From the NCBI RefSeq assembly GCF_009914755.1, contig NC_060938.1: a stretch of DNA of 64,000 bases. One strand, written 5' to 3'. This stretch comes from the human T2T-CHM13v2.0 reference genome, Homo sapiens. Position 1 is the stretch's first letter; every line of letters starts with the position of its first letter. The translations under genes were made by a program, and so were the position numbers. This document shows positions 1-13,073 of the stretch, in pieces. Under the pieces are notes generated by a model. It saw only the letters and a list, made by a program, of their open reading frames with translations. It did no database searches and was not told where the DNA came from.

Positions 1-299
1 AAGCTGCCCAGGATAAATGAAATTTCACCTGCACATGCCCCATCTATACTGCAACTGAGAGACCTGAAAAGTGGCCTACTCTAGGATTTATACCCCAGAG
101 AAATTTGATATGCTGAGTGAAATTGTTGTAGGACATCCTTTACTATGAGGAAAAGGAACAAAACCCAACCTCTTCTGGCCAGTTCTTCCTTATCCCAGGA
201 TATTGTATTCTCAGCATATTCTGCAGTTTTTGAGAACTTAAAGCAAGAAAAGGGGAGGGAAGAACTGGATTGGTGCAGGGCTACCAGGAGAACTGAACT

Positions 300-3200
300 G
301 CAGAGTCCTGAATGGATAAATAAAACAAAAACTTACAATATGGTACCTACAAGAGAAATACTTAGAACTTAGGGAAATACATAAACTAATACTGAAGGGA
401 TGGAAAAAGACATTCTATGCAAATAAAAACCAAAGAGAGTAGGGATACCTATACTTATACCAGACAGAAGAGACTTTAAGTCTAAAATTGTAAAAAGAGA
501 CAAAGAAGATCATTACATAATGATAAAGAAGTCAATTCATCATGAGGCTATAACAATTGTAAATGTATATGCACCTGATATCAGAGTATCTTAATATACG
601 ATGCAAATATTAACTGATCAGAAGGCAGCAATAGACAAGAATACCATAACAGTAGAGGATTTCAATTCCTCATTTTCAGCCATGCACAGATTATTGAGAC
701 AGAAAATTAATAAGGAAACAGTGGACTTGAGCTACACTTTAGACCAAATGGATTTAACAGATATATACACAACATTCTATACAACAGCAGTAGAATACAG
801 ATTATTCTTAATTATACATGGAACATTATCCAAGATAGATAACACAAAATCTTAAATTTAGGACAAATGAAAGTATATCAAGCCTCTTTACTGATTACAA
901 TGTTAGTAAGACAGAAAATGTGCAGTTTTCTGGAAACCAATAACAGGTGGAAATGGAAAATTCACATTTGTGAAAATTAAAAGCATACTACTAAATAACA
1001 AATGGACCAATAAATAAAGTAAAACAAAATTTAAAAATATCTTGTGACAAAGGAAAATGAAAACAAAACATTCCATAACTTATGGGATGCAGCATAATCC
1101 ACAATAATAAGGAAAATTATGGTGATAATACCTATGTGAAGAAAGAATAAAGATCTCAAAGACACAAACTAACTTTATGTTTCAAAACACTAAAAAAACC
1201 AAACTAAGTAAAAAGGAAGAAAACCACAAAGATCAGATCGGAAATAAATGCGGAAGAGACCAGAAAAAAAATGAGATAAATGCAACAAAGAGTTCTGTTT
1301 TCATAATAAATAAATAAAATTGACAAACTTTTACCCAGACTAAGAAAACAAGAGAGAGCATTCAAATAAATAAAATTAGAAATAAGAGAGGGGACATTAC
1401 AACTGATACCACAGAAATACAAAGGATCATAAAACACTACTCTGAATAATTATAGTCCAACAAATTGAAAAACCTAGAAGAAAGGAACAAATTCCTAGAA
1501 ATATACAACCTACCAAGACTGAAAAATGAAGAAATAGACAATCTGAACAGACCAATAACAAATAAGGCGATTGAATCTGTAAACAAATTCTCCCATTAAA
1601 GCCCAAGACCTGATGGCTTCATCTATGAATTTTACCAAATATTTAAGGAATAATTAATGCCAACACTTCTCAAACTTTTTGAAAAATTGAAGAGGAGAGA
1701 ATACTCTCCAAACTCATTTTAGGAAACCAGCATTATCCTGATTTAAAAAAAAAGAAAAAGAAAAAAGAGAAAAAGGATAAGAATATCACAAGAAAAGAGA
1801 ATTACAGGTCAGTATCCCTGAACATATATGCAAAAATCCTCAATGAAATACTAGCAAACCAAATTCAATAGTACATAAAAAGAATTATTCACCATGATCA
1901 AGTAGAATTTATCCCTGTGGTACAAGGATGATTCAACTCACCCTTACCACATCTTTTCAACATAGTGTCAGAAGTCATAGTAAGAGAAAGAGATTAAAGG
2001 CATCCAAATCAGAAAGAAAGAAGTAAAATTGTCTGTGTTTGCAGATGAGACGACATGATCAGAAACCCTAAGATTTCACAAAAAATACCCTGTTATAACT
2101 AATTAAAAAACTCAGTAAATCTGCAGGATACAAAAATCAACATACAAAAATCAATAACATTTCTATACACAAAGAACTATCCAAAAGTTAATGGAGAAAA
2201 TAGTCCCATGTATAACAACATTTTAAAAACTACTTAGGCATAAATTTAAACAATGAAATGAAAAATCTGTACACTGAAAACTATAAAATATTGATGAAGG
2301 AAATTTTTAAAGACAAATAAATGGAAAGCTATTCAGTATTCATGGATCAGAAGACTTCATATTGTCAAAATGTCTGTACTATCCAAAGAGGTCACAGATT
2401 CCATGCAATTCCTATCAAATTCCAATGACATATTTTACAGAAATAGAAAAGACAATTCTCAATTTTGTATGGACCCACAAATGACAGAAAGAGCTAAAGT
2501 AATCTTGACCAAAATAGACAAAGCTGGAGACATCATACTTCCTGATTTCAAAGTATACTACAAAGCTATAGGAATTAAAGCAGCATGGTACTTCCATAAA
2601 AACAGACACATAGATAAATGGAACAGAGTAGAAAGCCCAGAAGTAAGCCCATGCATATATAGTCAATTGGTCTTTGACAAGGGTACCAAGAATATACAAT
2701 GAGGAAAGGATAATCTCTTCAATAAATATTGTTGGAGAAATTGAATATCTACATGCAAAAAAGTAAAATTGTATCTTTATTTTACATCATTCACAAAAGT
2801 CAACATGAAATGGAGTAAACACTTACACATAAGCCTTGGAGCTATGAAACCCTCAGATAAAAACATAAGGAAAACTTAACATTGGTCTTGGCAATAATTT
2901 TTCGGATATGACACCAAAAGCACAGGAAAAAATAAACAAGTGGGACTATATCAAACTAAAATGTTTCTGTACAACAAAAGAAAGAATCAGCAAAATCAAA
3001 AGCCAACCTATGGAATGGGAGAATGTATTTGCAGATCATATATCTATTATAGGTTAATACTATAATATATGAGAAACAACACAAGTTAATAGCAAGAAAC
3101 CCTAAAATAACCCAATTTAAAAATGAGGAAAGAACATGAAAAGACATTTTTCTAAAGATGTCATATAAATTGTCAATAGATATGTGAAAATTTTTCAACA

Positions 3201-3845
3201 TTGTTAATCATCAAGGGAGTGCAAATCAAAACCACAATGAGATATTACCTTATACCTGTTTGGATGGCTATTATGAAAAGACTTATTTTGGAAATAATGT
3301 GGAGAAAATGGAAACCCTATACATTGTTCATGGGCATGTAAATTGGTGCAGACATTGAGGAAGAAAGACAGTATGAAGGTTTTTCAAATATTTAAAATAG
3401 AACTACCATATGGTCCAGCAATCCCATTTCTGGATATATATTAAAAGGAAATTAAATCAATATGTAAAAGAGACATCTGCACTCCCAAGTTCACTGCAGT
3501 ATTATTCACAATATCCAAGATATGGAACCAACCTAAGTGTCCATCACTGGATGGATGAATAAAGAAAAGTTGGTATATATAGACAATGAAATCCTATTCA
3601 GCCTTTTAAAACAAGGAAATCCTATCATTTGTAACACAATGAATGAACCTGGAGGACATTATGTTAAGTGAAATAAGTCAGGTACAGAAAGGCAAATACC
3701 ACATAATTGCATACGCAGAATCTGAGAAAGGCAAATTCATAGAAGCAGAGGATAGAGTGGTTGTTGCTACAGGAATAGGATAAATTAGGAGATTTTGGTC
3801 AAAGGCTAAAAAGTTTCAGTTAGACAGAATCAATATGTTCTGGGA
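300..3845 (+). mobile_element. Old L1 (L1MA-like): degenerate ORF2 and 3' UTR
   Basis: ORF fragments resemble L1 ORF2: EN region 'DFNSSFSAMHRLLRQKINKETVDLSYTLDQMDLTDIY', and 'AGDIILPDFKVYYKA...AWYFHKNRHIDKWNR'. L1MA-style 3' UTR at 3560-3845. Many stops and frameshifts; internal deletion near 1938. Confidence 0.93.
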
Positions 3846-4619
3846 AAAAAAATATTTCAGAGAGAAGATACTCTAATTCTTCATTCTTAAAACTACACCC
3901 AAAAGCAAGGCAGAAGAAAATACATAGAAACGCAGAACTCATTTCTTCTGAAATTCAAAAATATCTGTAACGCCTACACAGAAAAATTAGGAAGAGCTAT
4001 CAGTTGCGATGAACATTGATCAGTCAGTGGAATCCCATCGAGAGTGTCCATCTTCGTTCAATTGCAGTTCTCAGAGTATGCAGCTCTCCCCAAAATAGAG
4101 TACATGCCAAGAGGTGAACAACAGACTGTCCTGGCTTGTGAATAACAAGATATGAGCCAAATACCTTACTATATTTTTTATTCAAGGAGAAGATTGTTAA
4201 ACATCCTACTTTCTAAAAAGCAATTCTACTAGGCACAAACGCATTCACAGAGGAATTCTAAAATACTCCTTTAAGAAACTCATGGCTTTAATCCTATATA
4301 AACTGTTCCAAACATTGGGGAAGAAAAAAGAAAGCTTTTATTAATAATGCTAATATGCACTGCTCCAAAAAATAGCCATGGGTAAAAATCACAGCAAAAA
4401 TACTATTCATGGTACGAATATGAGAACCTTCCAAATATTAGCCCATAGAATCCAGCAGCCAAATCACAAATGAAATTAGAACTTTTTTCAGAAATCTCAG
4501 GATGGCTCACTATTTGAAATAGTTTAATATATGTCACTATATTCCCAAGTCATAGGTTGTACATATAATAAAAGCCTATATTGCAAACTTATGGCAATTA
4601 AAAATGAAAATGCATTAAA

Positions 4620-5010
4620 TATCTACAAAAATGGAAATGCATTAGAGGTCCATAAGTAGAGTTGTTGTAGCTAAACTATAGCACCTTCATACAATGAAAT
4701 ACTGAGCAGTTAATATAATAAAAATGAAATCTTGAGTGCACTATTACAAGGTATATTGTTGAGTGAAAAAATGCAGAACAGTACATATGTGTGGGTACCC
4801 ACACATGCATATTATATGCATTTGTGAACAAAATTTAAAAATTAATGAGTATATATGACTGAAATGTATATACTACTTGCAAAAGAATACACAGAAAATT
4901 TACAATGTTGGGAAACAGAAAATGAGAAAACTATACTTTTCATTTCCTTTTAACATTTATAGCAATTGCATATATTACCTATTCAAAAATAAATGCAAAT
5001 TTTGTAAGAA
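4620..5010 (+). mobile_element. Very old L1M (L1ME-like) 3' fragment
   Basis: 'catacaatgaaatactgagcagt...tattgttgagtgaaaaaatgcagaacagt' resembles an L1M 3' end. Confidence 0.5.
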
Positions 5011-5196
5011 ATACAGGTTTTCTTAAAGTGGCATGTAAAAGGGTAAGGCATTTTGGATTCCCAGCCGCTAAGAAACATTAAAAAATTAATAAAAGGACTA
5101 GTAAGCATGACCATTTTAAAATCACTCACTCTTTACTACACACAGCCCAAATAAGGCTGCTTCCAAAGAGCCTGTCTTAAATGCCTTACTTTGAAA

Positions 5197-5344
5197 TAAT
5201 GTACATTTCTTCTATTAGCCATAGCATTTTCTATAATGTACATTTCTTCTATTAGCCATAGTATTTTCTATAATGTACATTTCTTCTATTAGCCATAGCA
5301 TTTTCTATAAAGTACATTTATTCTATAAGCCATGGCACTTTCTA
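5197..5344. repeat. Minisatellite, 4 x 37 bp (taatgtacatttcttctattagccatagcattttcta)
   Basis: Read directly; copies 1-3 near-identical, copy 4 diverged. Confidence 0.97.
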
Positions 5345-5659
5345 TACTTATACTGTACTTTGTGCCTTATATTATAGTAATTTATCTGCACACTCATTCT
5401 CTCACACCTTAGTACCTTTCTCATGCTATCAACTTTTCATAAATTTTTCTTGGGCAGTTATGACAATGAGGATTTTTCAGGAAGTCTTGGGTCAAGCATT
5501 ATTTCCTCTAGAGACTTCTATTCTAAGTTTTTAGTTTTTTGAGAATTTCTTCTCCATTCTTCTATGAACATCTTTATCTTACTACATATCATAACCCAAA
5601 TTACTATTTGCAAGTTTATTATCCCCTCTAGGCCATTAACTCTCAGGAAGCATGTTACA

Positions 5660-5830
5660 TGTATAAGATCATTCAATCATGACCACAACCCTCTGATATA
5701 GGTACTTTACCCATATCCTGCTGATGAGAAATCTGAAGCCCAAAGATACTAAATAATTTGCCCAATTAAAAATTAATCAAGACTGGATTAGACTCAAAGT
5801 TGTCTGATTCTATTGTTGTACTTCACTTCT
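5660..5830 (-). mobile_element. MIR remnant
   Basis: MIR core-like 'gatgagaaatctgaagcccaaag...aataatttgccc'. Confidence 0.6.
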
Positions 5831-8800
5831 ATGCTATGCTATTACTCAGAAGTTAATATTGATATTAACATCTAGAGTTTTGGTGCTAAGAAATAGCATA
5901 TAACTTCTGCTTTCAAATAGGAAATCATTGAATGCATTTTCCCTCATGGTGATGATATTCCCTATCTAGTTCTAATTAGACCCACTGGTCACCTTGAGAA
6001 TGATGATTAGTGTTTCTAATACTAGCCTAAGTTATACGCATATAAGAAGTTGCTTTAAGCTGGTATATTTAGCTTCAAATTAAATAGTTACTGGAAAAAA
6101 AGATATAGGGAAACTGTATTTCTTAAATTTTCTGCTATAATTTCCTGAAAGGATAAGAATATAATGGTACAATAAAGTATGATGACTCAGTGTCTCCTTC
6201 ATTATGCCAATGAAAACACAGTCTAGTATCTTCGTCTTGTCTATTTTAAGGTGAATGTTAAGTTTATACTGAAATGAACTCAAAAGAGATTACATAATCT
6301 TCACTTTTTTATGTCACTCATTATATTCTGCAAGTTATATCAGAAGTTAATTCTTTAAAATATTCCAAAACTAGTATTGGTTTTTTCCTATAATCTTAAT
6401 AACTCATTGTTGGGAACAACCATTTCACTTGTTCAAGAAAATTTAAAAAACATGTAATGTGGTTATGTTTACCTCAAAAGGGGAAGATAAATTAAAAAAG
6501 AAAAAGATTCAAAAAGAGGCACAACTTGTTAAATTATTTCCTCTTTGATGACAAGAACCAAGTTTAGGAACTATAATCTCAGAACTTAAACTCTTGTCAT
6601 CATTTTGAGAAAGGAAAAATAATAATAATATAAACCAGAATTGAAAGTAGTCATTTCTCCTCAAGGAAGCAATTTTTATTCTTTTAATTTGTCAATCAGG
6701 TGACAATATGTAGCTTATTAATATAAGAACCAGGGGTTTTATTTCTAGATTTTGATCAGAAGTGTTGATACCACGAAGCTTCTGAATAAAACTAAGTATT
6801 TTGCTTCCTTCCTTTGGTTAAATTTGGAGTAAAAAGGTAAGTGGGTATATCAATACATTAATTTTGTGCCACTCTTGGCAATAAAATTAATAAATGACCA
6901 AAAACTTCAGTGTGATCATTTTATTCTAAACCTGTAACTTATGTTAAAAACATATTCTGGCTATAAAATAAATTTTCATGTGCCAAGCACCAACAGGAGT
7001 TTACCATTTATTGGTGTGCCACCAGGGCATCATTCCAAAAAAGGATTTTCAATCTGTTCTCGCATCACGTAACATGCACAAGTAGCTAAGCTCAAGGCAA
7101 AAATGTTGTATGAATGCATGTTTCTGAAAGAGCAGCTGGCTTGGAGTCTTAAAATTCAGCTCAGTATCAAAGGAATAAGTTTAATGCAAGCCCAAGTGGG
7201 ACTGCTAGCTTATGTCGATTACCAGCTGTCATGGAACCAAACTTCAGGATTGCATACTGCTTCCTGTCCTTAAAAAGATTCACTAGTTTGAAGCAGAACA
7301 CATGCTTTTGTTTTGCCTTATTTTATTTTGGTACCAAAATTTACTATAATTGGATACTTTATTCAATATGAATACTTCTTGAGTTTTCAGGGAAATAAAA
7401 CTTTGAAATAGAGTAATAGGATTCTACATTATCACAACTTTGGTGGATCCTTTCAGGGGTACCTTATTTGGGTGACCTATGTGCTATCCTCCCTTGAGTT
7501 AAATTTCTAGCTGCACAAGATTTTAAATTTTTCATATTATTAAGCATCTAAAACCGTGCATTTTGAAAACTGAGGTTAATGGGTATCCTCCAAATAATTT
7601 ATTTGCTTCCAAACTCCAAAGTCAATACATTTACTGCAAGGATCATTATTTTTTACAATATTATATTTTAGATGGTTAGTACAGAATGTAACTAATTTTC
7701 ATAACATGATGAATACAACCATTACATTCTAGTTTGATATTTTATAAGGGAGTACACTTGGCCTTCTTAATGCTTCTAGGAGTTTAATCCTTAGTACCAT
7801 CACAGATTAGCATTTACTAAATGTTAAATAAAATATAACCAATGGTTATGTGCTATATATTTCTAAATATGAAAAATGCTTATTATATCATAGAAGGCAT
7901 CATTTCAAAGTAAAATGTATCATAACTTACCTAATAATCTTGACTCAGAATTTTTTTAATGTCTAGGCAAATCTACATATCAGTACAGAGGAAACAACAT
8001 GGTTGACATTCTATTGGAGTCACTTAAATTAATTTTACATTTCTGAGGCTATGTTATTAGAACACAATGCCTAAGGTCACAGGGAAAGACCTAATACCAT
8101 TGTATTTCATGAAGGAATCACTGAATATATTCTCCGAGGAGTACATATGGAACTGCCTCCCTACCCCTCCCCTGTTCCTTGTCTATATACTGGGAGGTCT
8201 TTTCTTTGGTAACATCTATGCTCTTTAAAGTTGCTCCCTTGCAGCTGATGACTGACTTTCACAGTCAGTAAGTTCTAACTGGCTTGTTTTATTACTCATT
8301 GAGAATAGAGCTCAAGGTTCTATCCTTTCAGATCAATATTTTTGTTTTATGTTTGCTATGTTATTCACAAGTTTCTATAAAAGCTTCTACAAACTACCTG
8401 GAATCATTTGCCAGAGAAACATGATAGACTTTGCTTCATATTGTGTGTTTCTTTTTTTAGTTTATACAGGAAAACACACAGGGACTAGAGTAAACCACGG
8501 TGATTATAAAATTAGATTCCAAAAGGAGGTCATATATTATCATACACACACACATACACACACGTGTGTATCTAATATATATTATATGTAATAAGTAATT
8601 AATGAAGCACACATGGACTGTTTCTACTGGAAATATTTGGTCTATTTAAAAATTCTCACCTTTGTTTATAAAAAATCCTAATGTCTAAAAGCAGATTTTC
8701 ATTGTATTCATAGCTCCTTAAAGTGTGAATAAATTCATAATGGAGTAGGAGGTCTTTTTTATTAACTTTAAGAATTATTATTCATAATAAAAATCACATG

Positions 8801-11409
8801 TAAAGATATGCTGCAAACAATTAAGCTAGAGAACATATCTTGACCCTTGATTTTACAACTTTTACTCATAGGCTACAACAAAACTCTGAGAGAGTAATAA
8901 AGTTTACAAAAACATTTAATTCAAGAAACTATGCAATACAAATAAGCAAACTCTACAAATTTAGTTAACATAAGAGGTAGAAGCAAAGGTATGTTGCCTT
9001 AAAAATTATTAAGAAGCTTAAAAAAGAACCCTAATGATGTCTTAATTCTTAGTTCTATATTTACTCATGATTTGCATGAACCAATATACATGAACACTAA
9101 TTAATATAAAATATATTTAAAGTACTTTAGATTTTTATTGAATATGTTGCAATCATCTTTATCCATTATTCTTGAAGAAGCTTTGATTTTTTCCTTCATG
9201 AAACCATTTATGTAAGAATGCCACACATCTTATACTCATTTAGATAATTGTAATTAGACTATAACCAGTTCTGTAAACACCATTTTCCAAATAAATTGCT
9301 TCTACTGAAGCTACCCAATAAATTTTAAATATATCAGAGAAAAAAGTGCTCTGATGTCATTATAGCCAGTTTAAATCCTAGAACTACATAAAGACTTTGT
9401 TTAGGCCTTATTTTAATGGATTAGTCCCCAACTTTCTCTTGCTCTAGTCTCCAGGCATCCAATTCATATGTTAATTAGCCATCACTTCTTTAAATGCCTC
9501 AAAATTGATCTTTTGGTCATGTGCAAAAGAATAAGTAAATAAAAATTTTTATTTGCTTAGTTTAAATGGAACTAATAAAATTACATTTTAAAATATTTTA
9601 TGTTTGAATCTATCACCTCAATTCAATTGGAATGTATTTTACTAAACTTCTCTTCTTCCAATAAGCTCAGTCATGCATGGTTAGAAAATCAGCCTCAAAA
9701 GTAGATTATACATATCTTACTTTAATAATCTTCAGTATACAGCTTAACATGTGGAATCAGGCTGACATCTCTAAAGTGATAAATCTATAATCTTAGCAAC
9801 AACTGGAAATCATCAAGGTAGATAACATCCTTTGCAGCTAATTTTGTCATAGATGTCAAATTTTGCAATTGAATTTCCACATTGGGCATAATTATACACC
9901 TTGGATGTAAAAACATCAGGAAAATAATACTTAATAATTATTTATTCATGGTTAATATTACTCTAAGTACTGTCAATAAGTCCCAAATTAATGAATTTTA
10001 AACACATACAATTGTTCAAAATTTTGTGCTAGTTATAGAAAAATTAAATTAGTAAAGCACTTGATATCGCAAATTAGTCTAAAGAGTTGGGTGCTTATGG
10101 TGGACAACAAATAGGTGTCTCTTTTTAATTATGTAAGAGAAATGAAAGTATCTGGAAAAATATGTAATGCAATGGAAAATAAACAAGCACAATGCAAATT
10201 AATAGAAGTTAAATTTGTAGCTGTCTATTTAATTTATGCATAAAAGAGTCAGAAAGTAGGCTTCCACTTTCTAGAGATATGATACACCAACAGAATCTTT
10301 GATAAATCTTATAAATGTTAATTTTCCCCACAGTGGAACTAGTGTTTCTGATTAGCTAAAGTAAATAGTTATGTGCAAGTACGAGTGGTTCTCAGTGGTA
10401 GTACTTTTTCTTTTTCAAACATTATAAAGATTTAAAACACAAACATTGCTCTATACCCTTAGGAAAAAAATTGAAATGAGATTCCAGAATTCAGGTTGTG
10501 TTTTAATTTTGCTAATAATTAGCCTTGTGCTATATATCTTAACATTGATTCTATATCAATAAAATGCATAAAATATTAGGGACTTTAAAGGGTATCTTAG
10601 AATTTACAACAAGCTGTATTTTTAAGTGAACTTTTTGCACCCAGCTCTCATTAATGTAGAAATCCTTCATCTTGGAAAATCACAGTATAAAAGAAAATCT
10701 CCTTTTTTCTTTTTTTTAGTATAATGATGATACTCACATGTTCACAATTACAGAGAAAGAGAGAAAGAGATTACATAAGATGTGGTCCAGTGGGGCAGGG
10801 GAAGAATATGTTTTTGTGATTATGTAATGATACTAATATGGCCCAAAGTTATTTTATTTTAAAAATGACTACACTTTTAAAAGTATAAGACATTTTCAAG
10901 TCTATTATTTAATATCAGAGATATAACAATCCTGTAAGTGACATAGGTACATTCAATATTATCATAATCTCAATGATCAAGAAATTACATTTGGTTTCTT
11001 ATGAAAATGCCACACACATAGTAATGTCAGCTAGTGCACCAGATAGGAAACTCTCTGATTCCCACCGTATTGCTAAATTTCCTCCACCATTACAACTGGC
11101 ACACAGCTTTGGTGGAAAACCTGCCACACACATTTACTGCAGCAAAGAAAAATCTGAATGGGTAGATCATAGTTAGACACCAGTTCACCCTGCCTTAGAG
11201 AAAGAGTGTGCTGTCTTAGTTTGAATTACCTCCTCACCCTTTACCTTGTCAAGTTCCATTTTTTTCTTATCATGTCTACCACTAACTTTCAAAAATGAAA
11301 AGGATTGCATCTTCTGAACTTCTGCAGTCTACTGGACAAAGTATTCAGCTTACATTTACTATATGGAGACTTACATTGTTATTTAACTTTCTTGTGTTTA
11401 TTTCTCATT

Positions 11410-11655
11410 TCACCAACTAAATCTCAAAAACTGGAGGGTTCTATGTTTATAAAATCTGTCACTCTGCCAGTGACCTGACATCTTCTCTGATGAACATCTT
11501 TCATAGTATTTCTCATAAAGGTTGTTTCCGCATATTCTGATTCCAAAAGTTTGGAATTTCTGGAGGATCATGATGACTTTCACCCAGATACCCCAGAAGC
11601 TAGACAATAAAAAACACTAGTGAGTACTCAGTAAATGTTCAATAAAGGAATGCAT
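11410..11655 (+). mobile_element. L2 3' end remnant
   Basis: 'agtactcagtaaatgttcaataaaggaatg' resembles the L2 terminus. Confidence 0.45.
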
Positions 11656-12100
11656 ATATGTTCAACAAATGTCTATTCTGCATTTTATAATTGAATCAGC
11701 CAAGCATTTATTTAATCTAAAAAAATGAAAAACAACTCTTTTAACTGATGTTCTAAAATAAGGTAAGATTAAAATTAGGGACATAAAAAATTAGAAGTTT
11801 GTTTTTATTAATTTTGGTGGATTCTATTGAACTTTTGTTGGAAGAGAATACTAATGAATCACTGAGCATAGTTCATTTAGAAAAAATATATATAGAAAGT
11901 TGAATTATCAAGCTAAATAAAAATGTTGCATTCGTGATGTTTGTGGATAATCGACAGACCCAACGAAGAATTTGTTTAAAATGTGTTTTAGAGTTAGAGA
12001 TTAATGATTTTGTGGTCAATTATGACCAACTCTTCTAAGGTCATACAGCACTTTTTCCCAACTCACATGCGAAGAAGAGAAAGAAAAGTCAAACTTATTT

Positions 12101-13053
12101 ATTTATTTTTATATTTTATGTTTTATTTTTATTATACATTAAGTTCTGGGGTACATGTGCAGAATGTGTAGTTTCCTCATACAGTTATACACATGCCGTA
12201 GTGGTTTGCTGCACCAATCAACCCGTCACCTACTATCCCTCCCCTAGCCCCCTAACCCCAAACAAGCCCTGGTGTGTGATGTTCCCCTCCCTGTGTCTAT
12301 GTGTTCTCATTGTTCAGCTCCCACTTATGAGTGAGAATATGTGGTGTTTGGTTTTCTGTGTTTGTATTAGTTTGCTGAGAATGATGGTTTCCAGCTTCAT
12401 CCATGTCCCTGCAGAGGACATGAACGCATCCTTTTTATGGCTGCATAGTATTCCATGGTGTATATGTGCCACATTTTCTTTATCCAGTCTATCATTGATG
12501 GGCATTTGGGTTGGTTCCAAGTCTTTGCTATTGTGAACAGTGCTGCAAGAAACTTATGTGTGCATGTGTCTTTACAGTAGAATGATTTATAATCCTTTGG
12601 GTATATACCTAGTAATGGGATTGCTGGGTCAAATGGTATTTCTGGTTCTAGATCTTTGAGGAATCGCCACACTGTCTTCCACAATGGTTGAACTAATTTA
12701 CGCTCCCACCAACAGTGTAAAAGCGTTCCTATTTCTCCACATCCTTTCCAGCATCTGTTGTTTCCTGACTTTTTAATGGTTGCCATTCTAACTGGCCTGA
12801 GATGAGATCTCACTGTGGTTTTGATTTGCATTTCTCTAATTACCAGTGATGATGAGCATTTTTCATATGTTTCTTGGCCACATAAATGTCTTCTTTTGAG
12901 AAGTGTCTGTTCATATCCTTCTCCCACTTTTTGATGGGGTTGTTTTTTTCTTGTAAATTTGTTTAAGTTATTTGTAGATTCTGGATATTAGCCCTTTTGT
13001 CAAATGGATAGATTGCAAAAAATTTCTCCCATTCTGTAGGTTGCCAGTTCACT
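12101..13053 (-). mobile_element. 5'-truncated primate L1 (about L1PA7/8), ORF2 C-terminus and 3' UTR
   Basis: ORF 12397-12927 matches the ORF2 C-terminus ([11 protein letters not shown]...[16 protein letters not shown]...KTWNQPKCP). T-rich tail at 12101-12130. Candidate TSD acttattt at 12093-12100 and 13051-13058. Confidence 0.95.
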
Positions 13054-13073
13054 TATTTAAAAATGACTACGTA

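Noticed and set aside
5197-5344. CRISPR-like periodicity (37-bp unit)
   Set aside because: Units are head to tail with no unique spacers, no cas genes, and the context is mammalian.
12014-12027. GGTCA-atta-TGACC inverted half-sites
   Set aside because: The spacer is 4 nt, not the 3 nt of a canonical estrogen response element; isolated motif.
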